A DNA stretch of 64,000 nt from NCBI RefSeq assembly GCF_009914755.1, contig NC_060926.1. One strand, given 5' to 3'. Positions 40,331-53,753 of the stretch are shown here, piece after piece. The notes under the pieces are model-generated. The model was not told the DNA's origin. It did not search any database and was given only the letters and a program-made list of their open reading frames with translations. The position numbers and the translations under genes were made by a program. The first letter of the stretch is position 1. The number at the start of each line of letters is the position of its first letter. The DNA is from the human T2T-CHM13v2.0 reference genome, Homo sapiens.

Positions 40331-41770
40331 CAAAAAAAAAAAAAACAAGAATAGTAAACATAGAATGGATGTTACCAACTATTATAATGCAATGCTATAT
40401 ATATAAAACAATCAAATGTTTCCTTTTACTTTTACTAAATAACTGGACATTGTGATGCATTTTCTGTTTTTGTAAATTCCTTTTAGATATGCCTTTTCCT
40501 AAAAACCTTTCTGGAATTCACTGGTGGTTCAGCTACTAATATCTAATAGCTTTCAACTTCCTCAAACAGAAAATCTGATGTTTCTGTTCTTTAACAGAGA
40601 TAGTAGATATGCATTAATTATTTTTTAAAAGCTAAAATAAATATGATTAGGTACCGATTGGATGATGCATGAGCCCTCTTATTAACAAAGTACCTAAGAA
40701 TCAGTATAGATTTAGCATACAGTATCCTGGGGATAAAGTCCCCCGATCATCTTTCATGGGAAGAAAATATGTTTATCTATCTCGAAAGACATTTGAAAAT
40801 GTTATACAAAATAATATCTACACAGTTTATAACTCCCTTTCTAGAACATGTTAGTTATCTGAAATATATTAGTTATTTTTAGAATCATTACTTGACAAAA
40901 TATGGCAGCTCTGTGTACATTTTTGTTTTGTTTTGTTTTGTTTTGGCTGTAACAAAGGAAACACTTTGCATTACTCTTCTTCACACTAAGAAACCAAGTT
41001 TCAGGTTATCTTTAATTAGAAAAAGCTTTTTATTATAAGAGAGAATTTATCATTCCTGAAGGCCAGCACAGCAGGGTTACTGGATGCAAGGTATAGCCAG
41101 CAGGACAAGATCTGAGAAGTCTGAGGGCAAAACCTCAGTAAAAACCAAAGGCCTTCATGGTCTTATGAGAAATTTGCAGTTCATATTTTGAAAAAGATAT
41201 TGAAGAAACATCACTTACAGAAAATAGTCTATTTTTAAATAACTTTAAGTTCATAACTAAAACCAAGGACTTGCTGACAATGTAGGGAAAGCCTTGAATA
41301 AGAAAGCGATAGCCCAACTCATATCTAAGAGTTTGGGGAAAAGATTAATATGTGGCACTTAGATGAGGTTCAGCAAAAACTGAATAATAAAATAAGGTTT
41401 ACTGTTGAGAACTTCAACCAGGTGAGAAAAGAAGTTATTCTCTTAGCCACAAACACCAATAATTCATAAAAACAACTTAAGAACTAAAACTTTAATTCTA
41501 GAATATAAATAATAGAGCATCAAAATAAATTATTTTTAGTTTGTATTAAAGTACTTAAGGTAATGGCATTAATGATTTTAATACTATATTCTTAGTATGC
41601 TATTCTATATGCTATAATACAATAATATTAATTGTTATCATTGCCATTTGTTGATTTCCTACTTTGTCCAGGAACTGTATCAGCCCTTTACTATGGGTAT
41701 TATAACTCCTTACAGATGATGGAATTAAGAGTAAGGGAATAATTTGCTGAAAGTCTCATTGATCTTAAAT

Positions 41771-42442
41771 TGTCAGAGTAGGTAGCTAGTCAGGCATGAG
41801 CAGGGCAGGAGAGGGCTCTCCCCACCACCAGGAATGTCAGGTGACAATCAGGTGGTGGTCAGGCAGTTGTCACACTGCCTCTCCAAAGTAATAATTGGTC
41901 ACAGCCAGAGCCAGGGAAAGGCAGTCTCCCAATAAACAGAAACATCTGAAACTGGTGATCAGCAGCTTCCCAATAAGATACCAGGAGTTGGGCAAGTGGG
42001 CTAAAGCATGATCATTAAGAGACAAAATGGCAGAGTTTAACTGGCCTATGGGCTTCTAGGAACATTTGGCTGGTAAGGAGAAAACGCCTCAAGTGAGCAT
42101 GCATACAACTCTAGTCAACACACTGTGGATGTGGACAGCCCACCCCAAGGGAAGAATTAGGGGAGAAGGGATGCAAGACCCCGGAAGTATGCCAACATAT
42201 AAACACTTAAGTCAAAAGTCAAATGGGGCATTCGATCTCTCAAGTCGCATGCTTGGCCCTCTTCCAGGTGTCCTTTACTTCCTTTCATTCCTGCTCTAAA
42301 GTTTTTAAATAAACTTCCACTCTTGCTCTAAAATTTGCCTTAGTCTCTCACTTTGCCTTATACCCCTCAGTCAAATTCTTTCTTCTGAGGGGGTAAGAAT
42401 TGAGGTTGCTGTAGACCCCACACAGATTCACTGCCAGTAACA
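41771..42442 (+). mobile_element. MER50 solo LTR inserted in a MIR
   Basis: TGTCAGAGTAGGTAGCTAGTCAGGCATGAGCAGGGCAGGAGAGGG..AGTAACA; AATAAA at about 42308. Confidence 0.87.
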
Positions 42443-42526
42443 CGATATCTACTTGATCCATTCATAAAGCTTCATGTTTGAAAATAATTTTCAGAGAGAC
42501 ACATGGGCTGGATAAAATCAACATAA

Positions 42527-42814
<288 letters not shown>

Positions 42815-44299
42815 AAATCAACACAACTCTTATGAAAAATAATTGGTTATTCAAAATCAGCAAAACTGGGGAAGGCAAAGTTTCTTACAAAATTCTATTT
42901 TTACAAAGTTTATATCTGTGCTGATTTTCTAAACATTTCACTTTGACTGGGGAGCATTTATTTTGACAAGTTTTCTTTACATCTTTAGTTCTTAATGAAT
43001 ATATACTGAATAAATAAAGTGTTACTGAATTTTTGGAGATTTCTAGAAGAGTGTGTATGTCTATACCAATTCTATGTGAAATATATAAAATCTACCACAA
43101 ACATATTTATTAAAATTGAAGGCTCATATCTATTTGTGTGGTAATAATAATGTAGAGACTGATGGTAAAACAAGAAATTATTTTCTTACTTATAAATGAG
43201 TAAGTTCTCTAGTATTTAAACAAAAGGCATAATTTATTTTAATCACATATTTAATTAGGAGCTACTAAAATATGGGCTATTTCCTAGGGATATATATATA
43301 ATTTATTGGTCTAGAAATGTAAAAAGAAAAAAAAAAGCTTGGTTAATTAGCATAGTTTATTATTGTCCCTAATACAATGGCAGTAGAATAAAATTACCAT
43401 TGAGTAGATAATTTCCACCTCAGGCCATCTGCAGATGTGGCTCCATTAATACAAAATTTATGAGTGATAAATCATTGTTTTTCTAAAGGGAAGTTGAAGG
43501 TTAGATCATTACCTAGATATTAGTTTATCATTTTTGGTATTTTTAGACACTTGCTATTATGTCTATTCTAGATTAATAATAATGTAACTGTCCCTTAAAA
43601 TATATTTCTACTAACATTAATATGTGTGAGAAAAATGTACACTGATAACATTTATCATTTTTTTTTCTGGTAAACAAGCCTCAATTGTAGAATAAAAAAT
43701 TGGAGCTTTAAATGTTAAAGTATAAAAAAATTTGCTCCTACCTCAAAATTGAATAAAGCATTTTATTTGGCATAATCTAATAAATAGATTGATTTAACTG
43801 ATAAACACAGTTTTTTTAGTACCTATTAAAACAAAGATTAGGAACGAAGAAGATAAATTACTTATGTGTGTACCTATTAAGTCAGTTTTTGCTAATGTAT
43901 AAACTGCTGGTAGCCTGCTAAGGAAAATAAACGTTATTGAAGAAGACACCTTAAACGAGAATTGAGATCTGTAACTTAGCATAAAGCTTTTTCTACCCAA
44001 AGAGACATTCACAGATATTAATTTTTGCCATCGTCTTGTCTATTAGGGCACAGATTTAACCAGACACACTAACTTCTTGCCCTTGTGAATACAATGCCAA
44101 AATTATCATAAATGTACAATATAGATTATTTGATAAAGTTATGAGCTCCTATTAATACACACATAGGAAAAAGCAAAATGAATAAAAACAGTCAAGTAAA
44201 TGGACTCAATCAACACCATTTTAACCACAATAACTACGTACACTAAAATTGTCAATTAACTGGAAAGAATCTTGTCTTTACAAGGGAAACCATATTTCA

Positions 44300-44890
44300 G
44301 GGTTACTAAATAGGCTTAGTTGATGAATAAAAGTATTTCTTTATAAAATCATCCTAAATAATAAATACAAAAATATAATAAAAGTAGAAGATCAATATTT
44401 TACAATCACTAGTAAACTAGTAGGTTTAGTAATGCCTATCGATGGATGCATCCAATAAATGAAAGGTGAATGGAAAATCTTACAATTGGCAGAAATGGAT
44501 GTCACCCTTTGAACTCACTAAGTAACTTAAACCTTACTAAAAGTGGGACAGCCAGACTTTGTATATTCTTGACGTAATTCAATATGAAGTATACAGTATC
44601 ACTTATGAATTATTCTTGGCTAGAGGAACCTAAACCTAATTAGGCCTTTAAAACAAATGCCCACGCTTGTAGAGATGTATACTGTAATAAGTATCTAACA
44701 GTAAAATGACATGACTTAATACTTGGTATTTGTTGCAAAACAATTCAGTAAGAAGGAAGTAAAGAGGAGGGTGAAGAGTTAAAACAGATGAAGCAACAGT
44801 CTTATCGAATTTAGGTGACAGGCATTTTAGAGTTTATTGTATTAGTCTCTCTAATTTACAGTATGTTTGAGATACTTTACCATTAAAAAT
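44300..44890 (+). mobile_element. L1ME/L1MC 3' UTR fragments
   Basis: aagtgggacagccagac..caatatgaagtatacagtatcacttatgaa; gtttattgtattagtctctctaatttacagtatgtttga. Confidence 0.6.
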
Positions 44891-46125
44891 ATCTAGTGAG
44901 AACACAGAATAAAGGAAGCCATTTTGTGTCACAAAGAACAGGTGGAATATGAGGTTCCTTTTAGAAATAATGCCTGTGAGATTTCAGTAGAATACTTAGG
45001 TAATGTCAAGTGAAAAAAATGTAAAAGTCCAACTGAAATTTATCAGTAAATTTCAATTCTGGTCAAAACTGAAGTTAAATAAAATAGAATGAAATAAAAC
45101 CTTGTAGGTGGTAAGCATTGTGCTAAGTCTTGAAAACCCAATAAAATGACTATTACTTGGTTTCTACCCATGGAAAATGTATAATCTAAAAGTTTCCTTG
45201 GAATGCAGAGATAAAGATTTGAGAGCCTTTATCACAGAAGTTGTAGCTAAGAACTTTCTAGTCTTGTGTTGGTTTGTTTTTACATTTCACTGACTCTATG
45301 AGACAAATAATTATTTCAAAAATTACTTAGAATATTATTTTATGCATTTGCCTTATTAGGCACTTTATGTAATTATCCACTTTACAAAGTTATACCTTTC
45401 TAATTTAGTTTTCTTTTTTATTCAGTGGTCAAAGAATGCTTAGCTATTATAATACTTCAATGATAATAATCTCATCTCTCACATCACTTAACTATGCAGG
45501 TGTAAAATGAACTCGTGGTTTTCAGAAATAGACTTCACAATTTTCTTATTAAACAGAATAAAAAAATGGAATAAAAGTCTAAAGTAATAAAGGATAATAA
45601 AAATCAATCTTCCACTTTTAAGAATGCATTTTATTACACTTTTAGATATGGAAAGCTGTCTGACACTTAGGCACCTAATCAAACTGCAAACTTCAGGATC
45701 TGCATTGGTAGCAAGATAAACTTGGCCATTGCATCACCATTATAATAATTGCAGAAAGTGGATTTCTGAGTGACACTTCATAAAGGACCACGACTAGATT
45801 GGAATGGAAGGCAGTAACCATAAAATGGTATTCATGACCACATTTTAAGTGCTGAAGTCATATCAGAGAAAATATCATGGAGAAAAGAGAATGAATAATT
45901 ATTTTCATATGTATTGAGGTTTCTCCAAAATATTTAAATAAAACTATTCAAAATATAAGCAAATCAATAATCATTAAATGCAGACAATAAAGACTCAAGA
46001 GACAGCAATTTTAAAGTAATAATCTATATTTCTACTTCAAAATATTCTGTAAGTTTAAGCAGCATTATACTGAATGACCTTTGTATCATGTAACATTATA
46101 TAATACCTTTTTAATTCAAATTAAA

Positions 46126-46425
46126 GGCCAGACATGGTGGCTCAAGCCTGTTATCCCAGCACTTTGGGAGGCTAAGACAGGTGGATTGCTTGGACCCGGG
46201 AATTTGAGACCAGCCTGGGCAACATGGCAAAACCCTGTTTATACAAAAAATACAAAAATTAGCTAGGTGTGGTGGCACCCTCCTGTAGTCCCAGCTATTT
46301 CAGAGGCTAAGACGAGAGAGTTTTTTGAGCCTGGGAAGTCAAGGCTTCAGTGACCCAAGATCACACTATTGCACTCCAGCCTGGGTCACAGAGTGAGACT
46401 CTGTCACAAACAAACAAACAAAACT
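46126..46425 (+). mobile_element. AluJ
   Basis: ggattgcttgga..gagaccagcctgggcaacatggcaaaaccc; gagcctgggaagtcaaggct. Confidence 0.9.
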
Positions 46426-46434
46426 TAAATAGAA

Positions 46435-46437
<3 letters not shown>

Positions 46438-46467
<30 letters not shown>
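46438..46467. repeat. (CA)n microsatellite, about 15 units
   Basis: Direct reading. Confidence 0.95.
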
Positions 46468-46471
<4 letters not shown>

Positions 46472-46859
46472 ATTTGTTATTAACATAAAAAGTGAACATT
46501 CCCACAGAAGTGTAAAATATGCCATAACCACTTAATAACGGGGAATAGAAAATGCCATCCACTGAGTGACTATATTTTAAGTCATGTATTTTAAGCCATT
46601 CAAAACATTAGCAACATTTATAACTAACTTCAAAGTAAATTTTTCTGCCACAAAGTGCCCTGCATTTGAATTACATATGCACTCTAGGGTTGTTGTTGCT
46701 GTTGTTTTTAAATTCATGCTAAATGTTTTACCCAATTCTGTAGTAGAACTACTCAAGACTACTGTTATATGGTAATGGAGATTCTCGTAAGTTGTTAAGA
46801 GCATTGCATGTGTTTATAAAACTGCATTTACAGAATTTTATTTCCCAAATTGATCTCTC

Positions 46860-47079
46860 TAGAACATTTTTCTGTAAAGTGTCACATAATAACTATCGTA
46901 GGCTTTGTGGCCATATAATTTATGTCATAACTAGTTCTAGTTCTGTCACAACTCAACCCTGCCATTGTAGGGTATATAGAAACAGATACATGAATTAGAG
47001 TGCCCGTGCTGCAGTAAGACTTTATTTAGAATAAGCAGAAGCCTGGATTTGCCCAGCTGGTTGTAGGTTGCCAATTCTG
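46860..47079. mobile_element. MER58 (hAT-Charlie)
   Basis: tttctgtaaag..taggctttgtggccata..tctgtcacaactcaaccctgccattgtag..actttattta..ggatttgccc. Confidence 0.7.
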
Positions 47080-48799
47080 CTCCAGAATAAAGAAGAGTCG
47101 TAGGATGAGGCCATGAATATGAAATACTTAAAGTTCTTCCCATGATGGAAGCTGCTTAAAACAATCAGTTTCAAAGAAGTGAAATCACAAGGATTTCACA
47201 ATTATTTACAGATGCTTTGATGCACAGCATAAAAAACTTTTACTATATTTAGGAAATAGAGTATAAAACTTAAAATCAGACAGAACCATGTTTTTGTATA
47301 CAGAACTATGTTTGTATGTGTGTGTATGTGCTAAAACTCCTTTGGGCCATCATTGTATTAGTGACATTCACATTTGTTTTTCAGGTAACCATATACCTGA
47401 TTTAAATTCCAAATTTATTTGGTCAAACATACAGTACCTAGTGGACGTCTGGTAGTTCCACAAGGCAAGAAAAGCTGTAGTATAACTGAATACTACTTTA
47501 CCTTGACCCTGGATTGTCTGACTGGAATGATAACTGCCAATGGCATCTCTCTTAAAAATAGAGTCCTGCCAAGGTAGGAAAGAACAGCAAAGTCTTGCCA
47601 TAGATAATATCTCTTATGCATTAAGTGTCTGTTGCAATTACCCCAAAACTAATATCATCATCCATATACTTATTTTTAAGTAATTATTACTTATTTTTAA
47701 GTAATTATGTATAAATGTTAGGGATCTCCTGGTTCTTGATGGAATTTCATAATCAGTAAGATATACATGGGAAAGAAAATTATTGTGGCACCCTGCTCTC
47801 ACTGAAAAAATCATTTCTAGATTTTTCGTGGCTGGGAAACCCTGTCAATTTTTATTATTGTCATTTATTTTAAAATTGTACATGCATAGAGAAAATAAGT
47901 TTGAAAATAAAAATGCACGAGAAAGAAATGATCAAAAGAAAATCTTAGAAGGGAAAATGAAATAGAAAGATTATAACATAATATTTTCTCAACAAGTATT
48001 TACTAAACACCAAAAAAATTGCATAAAAGAAGCTAGAAAACAAACTTCGGAGGTAATACTATCACCTTTCACTTAATTCATACTATCTCTAGTTTTCTTT
48101 AAGAGCTCCCACCTATATGCTCAGATTTGTCATAATTTCTGAGCCAATTCTGCTAAAACCAGGAAATATTTAGGCTCTCCTAATCCAATATGGGATAGTA
48201 TTAAATAAACCTCTGAGAAGAGGGCTTCCAGTGAGCAACAATGAGGTCTTGGGTTACATACAGTTTGTATGATCAAAGACATCCTACGTTCTGATAAGAG
48301 GGTTACTGCACCCAAATTCTTTGGTTTATTTTTTTCAATTTGTGACCATATATATATGGTATATATATGCACTGACTCTTTTTGAACTCTCTTAGACATT
48401 GTGTCATTTTTGTAAAACTGACTCCTTTTTTTTTCTTCAAACTTGTAATGCAGGAGAAATTCCTGAGTTAGGAGTCAGGTCAACGACAGCATTAACTCTT
48501 GTTCCACTTCTCTCATGTCAAATTTACCAAAAGATTTTAGGTTGAATAGAGAAAGACAAAACTTGAGATGATGTCCTTTGGTGAGTTAAATTTATATATT
48601 TTTGTCTATCATTTCCTGAGTTAGGAATAATTTGATTGAAATCTTATGATTGCAACTGAAAAAAATGCAACTTAGGCATAAGAGGAATTTATTGGAAGGT
48701 AATAGGAATTGCTCAAATAATTAAAATGAGAGCTTTGAAAATAAAGACGAGGATTATGAGTGCTTGGATAAGTGTATAAGTAACTATTATTTCACATTA

Positions 48800-49520
48800 C
48801 AGTTAGATCAATGACATAATAATGGTCTCGTGGATTGAAGTCAAGAGCAATTATGCTAACATGTAAGTGGAAGAAGAATTTGTAGAAGTGAGATGGGCCT
48901 TAACAAATGGGTTTTTCGTAGACGAAGACTATATATTCATAATAAATGTCTGTGTTTGGAAAGGTAAAGATACAAATAGTCATGTTTCTCTACATTGTTT
49001 ATTATTTGAACAAGTGAAAGGCATACCTAGAAATATGGGTTGAATCTTATAGAAGACCTAATGAACCTGAACTGATAATTCTGTTTTAAATTTACTAATC
49101 AATGATGATCCACTGATTATTACTCAAGAGATATTTTTCATTATGAGAGATTATCTAACCAAGACGCTATTTCAGGCCACTGTAAATGTGACAGTTTGGA
49201 GTAGAGAGAGAGAGATGACAGGACAACCAGCTGCAGAGTTACTGCAACACTTCAAGCAGGAATGGAGGCCAAACTTGGGCGTTGTCACTGGAATTTTTAA
49301 GATGCAAAGATAATTTGATGCCTGACTGAAAGTTGCTGAGTAAAGAAAAATGAAAAGAGGAAGATCAAAGATGATTCTAGAGTGGGTGAATGAAGAAATT
49401 GTTCTATAAACAGGAAATCATGAGTGATAAGCTGGTTCTATTAGATAAATTTGATGAGTTTTGGAGAGCCTATGTTGAGTGTCACTGGCAATCCGGTTGA
49501 AACTGGAAAGGACTATGAAG
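48800..49520 (-). mobile_element. Degraded L2 fragments
   Basis: gaggaagatcaaagatgattctag..gatgagttttgg..atgttgagtgt purine-rich L2-like pattern. Confidence 0.45.
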
Positions 49521-51910
49521 TCTAGGTATAATATTATAAAACTTTGACATTGCATACAGCCAGCAGTTTGGGAGGAAGAGCATGGAAGAGTCATTATTTA
49601 TCAATGGCCAATATTCTAATTTCCTTCACCAGCTACCACCTCTTAAGTTACAGAATATAGGCTACAGAAGAAATGCAAGAAAGAAAATAAAATAAGAAAT
49701 AACAAAATTAGGCAAACAAACAAGTAAATTCAGCAGCAAAGTTTTGAACTTTACATATATAATGTAATTATACTCAATTAGATTTTAAAATATGCAATGA
49801 AAGGGGCAATATTTTATATAATTTCTGTATTTCCTTATAATACCTAATGTATCTTTATACTAAATACGTACTTTGTAAGAATCTAATGAATTAAGGAAGT
49901 GCAATTACATGTACTTTTATTAATAAATACAGATAATAGTGACAAGTCAGCTTGTGATAAATAGTGTAATAAAAAAGATAATTATTTCTAACATTATTGT
50001 AACAATAATATTTGTAAATACATTAGTGACTTTTCTAATACATCAACAATTTGAAGTTACTAATATAATAAAGCCTATAATATCCAAAGCAATTAGTATT
50101 CTTATTAATTAGCTACTGGTGCAATAAAATTTCTAAGAAAGAAACATAATTAAATTGAAAGTATTCTATTATTTTAAAGGATTTTAAAACTAAAGTATCT
50201 TCGTAGCTTTACCAGACTAAACAGATGCTTTCTCACATTTAATTCAAAATTAAATCAGATTTACTTCCATTTGGCTAATTTAAGGTTTTGTTTTCAAAAC
50301 AGCTACAATAATTATCCTATATCTTCATCACCTGGCACAGTGATTAGCATATCATAGATAATGCTAAACAAATTCTATTGCAAAAACGAATGAGTAAAGC
50401 AATAGAGAAATCAATCAACTAATTTCTCAATATTAAAATGTATTATCTACTGTATTTTTACAATATGTCACACCTAGTGCTAAATAAAAGCTTTACTTAA
50501 TTATCATTAATTTTCACATGATTGTGTGAAATAAAAATCTCTCAAATAATGAAGAGAAATTAGGGATGATTATGGAATTTTCTTGTAAGGTCTTAAAAGT
50601 AACATGAGTGTGTGTGGTATGAGAACCCTGTTCATTTCTTCTCAAAACCCTTTGCTATAAAGTGCTACCTTATACCACCTTTTTCTTTCTCTCTCAAAGT
50701 ATTTCTCCTCATTTGCTCTTCACTTATTTTCTGAAGAATCATGCTTAGATGTCTAGATTTAAATTGTTAGTCTAATGTAAAAATTTATAATCATGTTTTT
50801 ATTTTAGTATTTCCTCCTCATCAAGTCATGTGATCAGTTAATGTTAGGTGGATCATTGTTATTCAAAACAATGAGATTGAGCAAGTCAATCAAGCTTTCT
50901 GAGGCTGAACTTTTCCACTGGTAAATCTGAAGTATAGTTGTTCAATCCATGCTCCCATGATCCCAGACTCAATTGTAATTCACCAGCATGAAAAAATACC
51001 AGAAAGGTGAAATATTGTTTAATAAAAACTCTTACTATGTTAATTTAATAGGCTTTACTATAAGCTCAAATACACTGATTAAATCATACTAACTATAAAT
51101 AGAGGCATACCTCATTTTATTGCACTCTGGTTTATTATGCTTCACAGACACTGCATTTTTTATGAATTGAAGGTGTGTGGCAACCCTGCATCTAGCAAGT
51201 CTATCCGTGCTATTTTTTTAAATCAACATATGTTTATTTCTCTGTGCCACATGTTGCTGATTCTCATATTTCAAAAACTTTTTATTATTATTATATCTGT
51301 TATGATAATCTATGATGTGATCATTTATGTTACTATTATAATTGTCTTGAGATGCTGCTAACCATGCCCATACAAGACAGTAAGCTTACTCACAAATGTT
51401 GTGTGTGTTCCAGCTGCTCCATCTACCAGACTTTCTTCCTTTTCTCTCCTTCTCCTCAGGCCTCCCTATTCCCTGAAACACAACAATATTTAAAAAGGCT
51501 TAGTGAGGAAGCCATATGGAAAGTTGAGAGATAGGCTGAAAGCTAAGATTTTTGCTCCAAACAGCCAAGTTGTGGATGCAAATAAAATGTTCATGAAATG
51601 ATATTCCAGTGAACATACAAACTGTAAGAAAGCAAGACACCCTTATTGCTGATAAGGAGAAAGTTTTAGTGGCTTGGATAGAAGATCAAACCAGCCAAAA
51701 CATTTCCTTAAGTCAAAGACTAATCTAGAGCAAGGTCCCAACTCTCTTCAATTCTGTGAAGGCTGGTAGATGTGAGGATGCTGCAGAAGAAAAGTTTGAA
51801 GCTAGCAGAGGCTGCTTCATGAGGTTTAAGAAAAGAAGCCATCCCCATAACATAAAGTACAAGGTGAAGCACTAAGTGCTAGTGTAGAAGCTGCAGCAAG
51901 TTTTCTAGAA

Positions 51911-52253
51911 CAGTGGTCCCCAACCTTTTTAGCACCAGGGACTGGTTTTGTAGAAGACAATTTTTCCACGAACAGGGTAGGTGGAGGGGGGATGTCTTCA
52001 GGATAAAACTGTTCCACCTCAGATCATCAGGCATTAGTTAGATTCTCATAAGGAGTGTGCACAACTAGATCCCTTGCATGTGCAGTTCACAATAGGGGTT
52101 GCACTCTTATGAGAATCTAATGCCATTGCTGATCTGACAGGAGGCAGAACTCAGGTGATAATGCTCTCTTGCCTGCTGCTTAGCTCCTGCTGTGCTGACC
52201 AGTTCCTAAAAGGCCACGGACTTGGTCCAGGGTGCAGGGGTTGGGGACCCCTG
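51911..52253 (-). mobile_element. MER1B (hAT-Charlie) inside Tigger1
   Basis: TIRs cagtggtccccaacc / ggttggggacccctg; degenerate 8-bp TSD ttctagaa/gtctagag. Confidence 0.9.
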
Positions 52254-53297
52254 GTCTAGAGGATCTAACATAATTGATGAAGGTGGCTGCACTAAAAAAC
52301 TTATTTTCAATGTAGACAAAATAGCCTTCTTTTGGGAGAAGATGACATCTAGGGTTTTCATAGCTAGAGAGGAGAAATTGATACCTAGATTCAAAGTTTT
52401 AAAAAACAAAATGAGTCTTCTGTTCAGGGCTAAAGCAGCTGGTGAATTTAAGTTGAAACCAATGCTCATTCACCATTCCAAAAGTCTTATGGCCCTTAAG
52501 AATTATGCTAGATGCACTCTACCTGTGCTTTATAAATGGAGCAACAAAATATGCTGATAGCATGTCTATTTATAGCATGGTGTACTGAAGATTTTAAGCC
52601 CACTGTTGAGACCTATTGCTTAGAAAAAAAATTATTTCAAAATATTACTGCTCATTGACAATGTACCTTGTTAACCAAAAACTCTGATACAAATGTACCA
52701 GGAAATTAATGTTGTTTTCATGTCTGTCAACACAACATCCATTCTGCAGCTATGGATCAAGTAAGTTGGATTTTCAAGTCTTATTATTTAAGAAATACAT
52801 TTCATAAGACTACAGTTATTGTAGGTAGTGATTTCTCTGATGGATCTGGGCAAAATAAATTGAAAACCTTCTGGAAAGTATTCACCATTCTAAAGTCCAT
52901 TAACAACATTTGTGATTGATGAGAGGAGATCAAAATAGCAACATTAACAAGAGTTTGAAAGAAGTTGATGTCAAGCTTCATGGATGACTTTGATGTGTTC
53001 AAGGCATCAGTGGAGGAAGGAACTGCAGAGGACGTGGGAACAGCAAGAGAACTAGAATTAGGAGTGAGGTCTGATGAGGTGACTGAATTATTGCAATCTT
53101 ATGATAAAACTCAGACAGATGAGAAGTTTCCTCTTATGGGTGAGCAAAGGAAGTAGTTTCTTTAGACAAAATCCATCCGTGGTGAAGATGCTGTGAACAT
53201 TGTTGAAATAACAATGAAGGATTTATAATACATAAATTTGGTAAAGCAACAGCAGGATTTGAGAGAATTTTCTCCAATTTGAGAAAAGGTCTACTGT

Positions 53298-53632
53298 TGT
53301 TGCTGGACTTTTCCTTAGTTTAGCTAAAGATGGGGTCCTTGTCACATGGCCACAAAAATTCAGGCTCATAGATAATTTGAAGGGTGAGTAAGGCAGAATT
53401 TTATTTGGTTAAAAGGGAAAAAATAAAACAAAAAAAAAAAAACAGGGACCCTCCACAAAGACAGAGTCCCTGCTGGTGTGCTTCCCACCCTGCAGTTTGA
53501 ATCCCAGGTACCACCCAGGAAGAGGAGGGGCCAGGTTCCTTCCCCCTGCAAATGGCATGAACTTCTGTGGCTCCACCTGTGTGCAGGCCATCGGAGGTTC
53601 TGCCAGGGAGCCCTTCCCACCTGGCTGTCTCA
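53298..53632 (-). mobile_element. MER61 LTR (3' LTR of a HUERS-P3-related element)
   Basis: Reverse complement TGAGACAGCCAGGTGGGAAGGGCTCCCTGGCAGAACCTCC..CAACA; purine tract adjacent. Confidence 0.8.
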
Positions 53633-53753
53633 CTTGTCCCTCTAAAGAAGTACATCTAACTGCCATTAGAGTAAGGATAAGAATAAGAACAAAGACAAAT
53701 CTTAACTGTTTCCTGCTGATAGAGGACACTGTTTTGGGGAAAGACAGTCAGAT

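Noticed and set aside
52222-53156. Transposase-like peptides suggesting a domesticated TIGD gene
   Set aside because: The Tigger1 frame is broken by stops, an N-terminal deletion near 51490 and the MER1B insertion.
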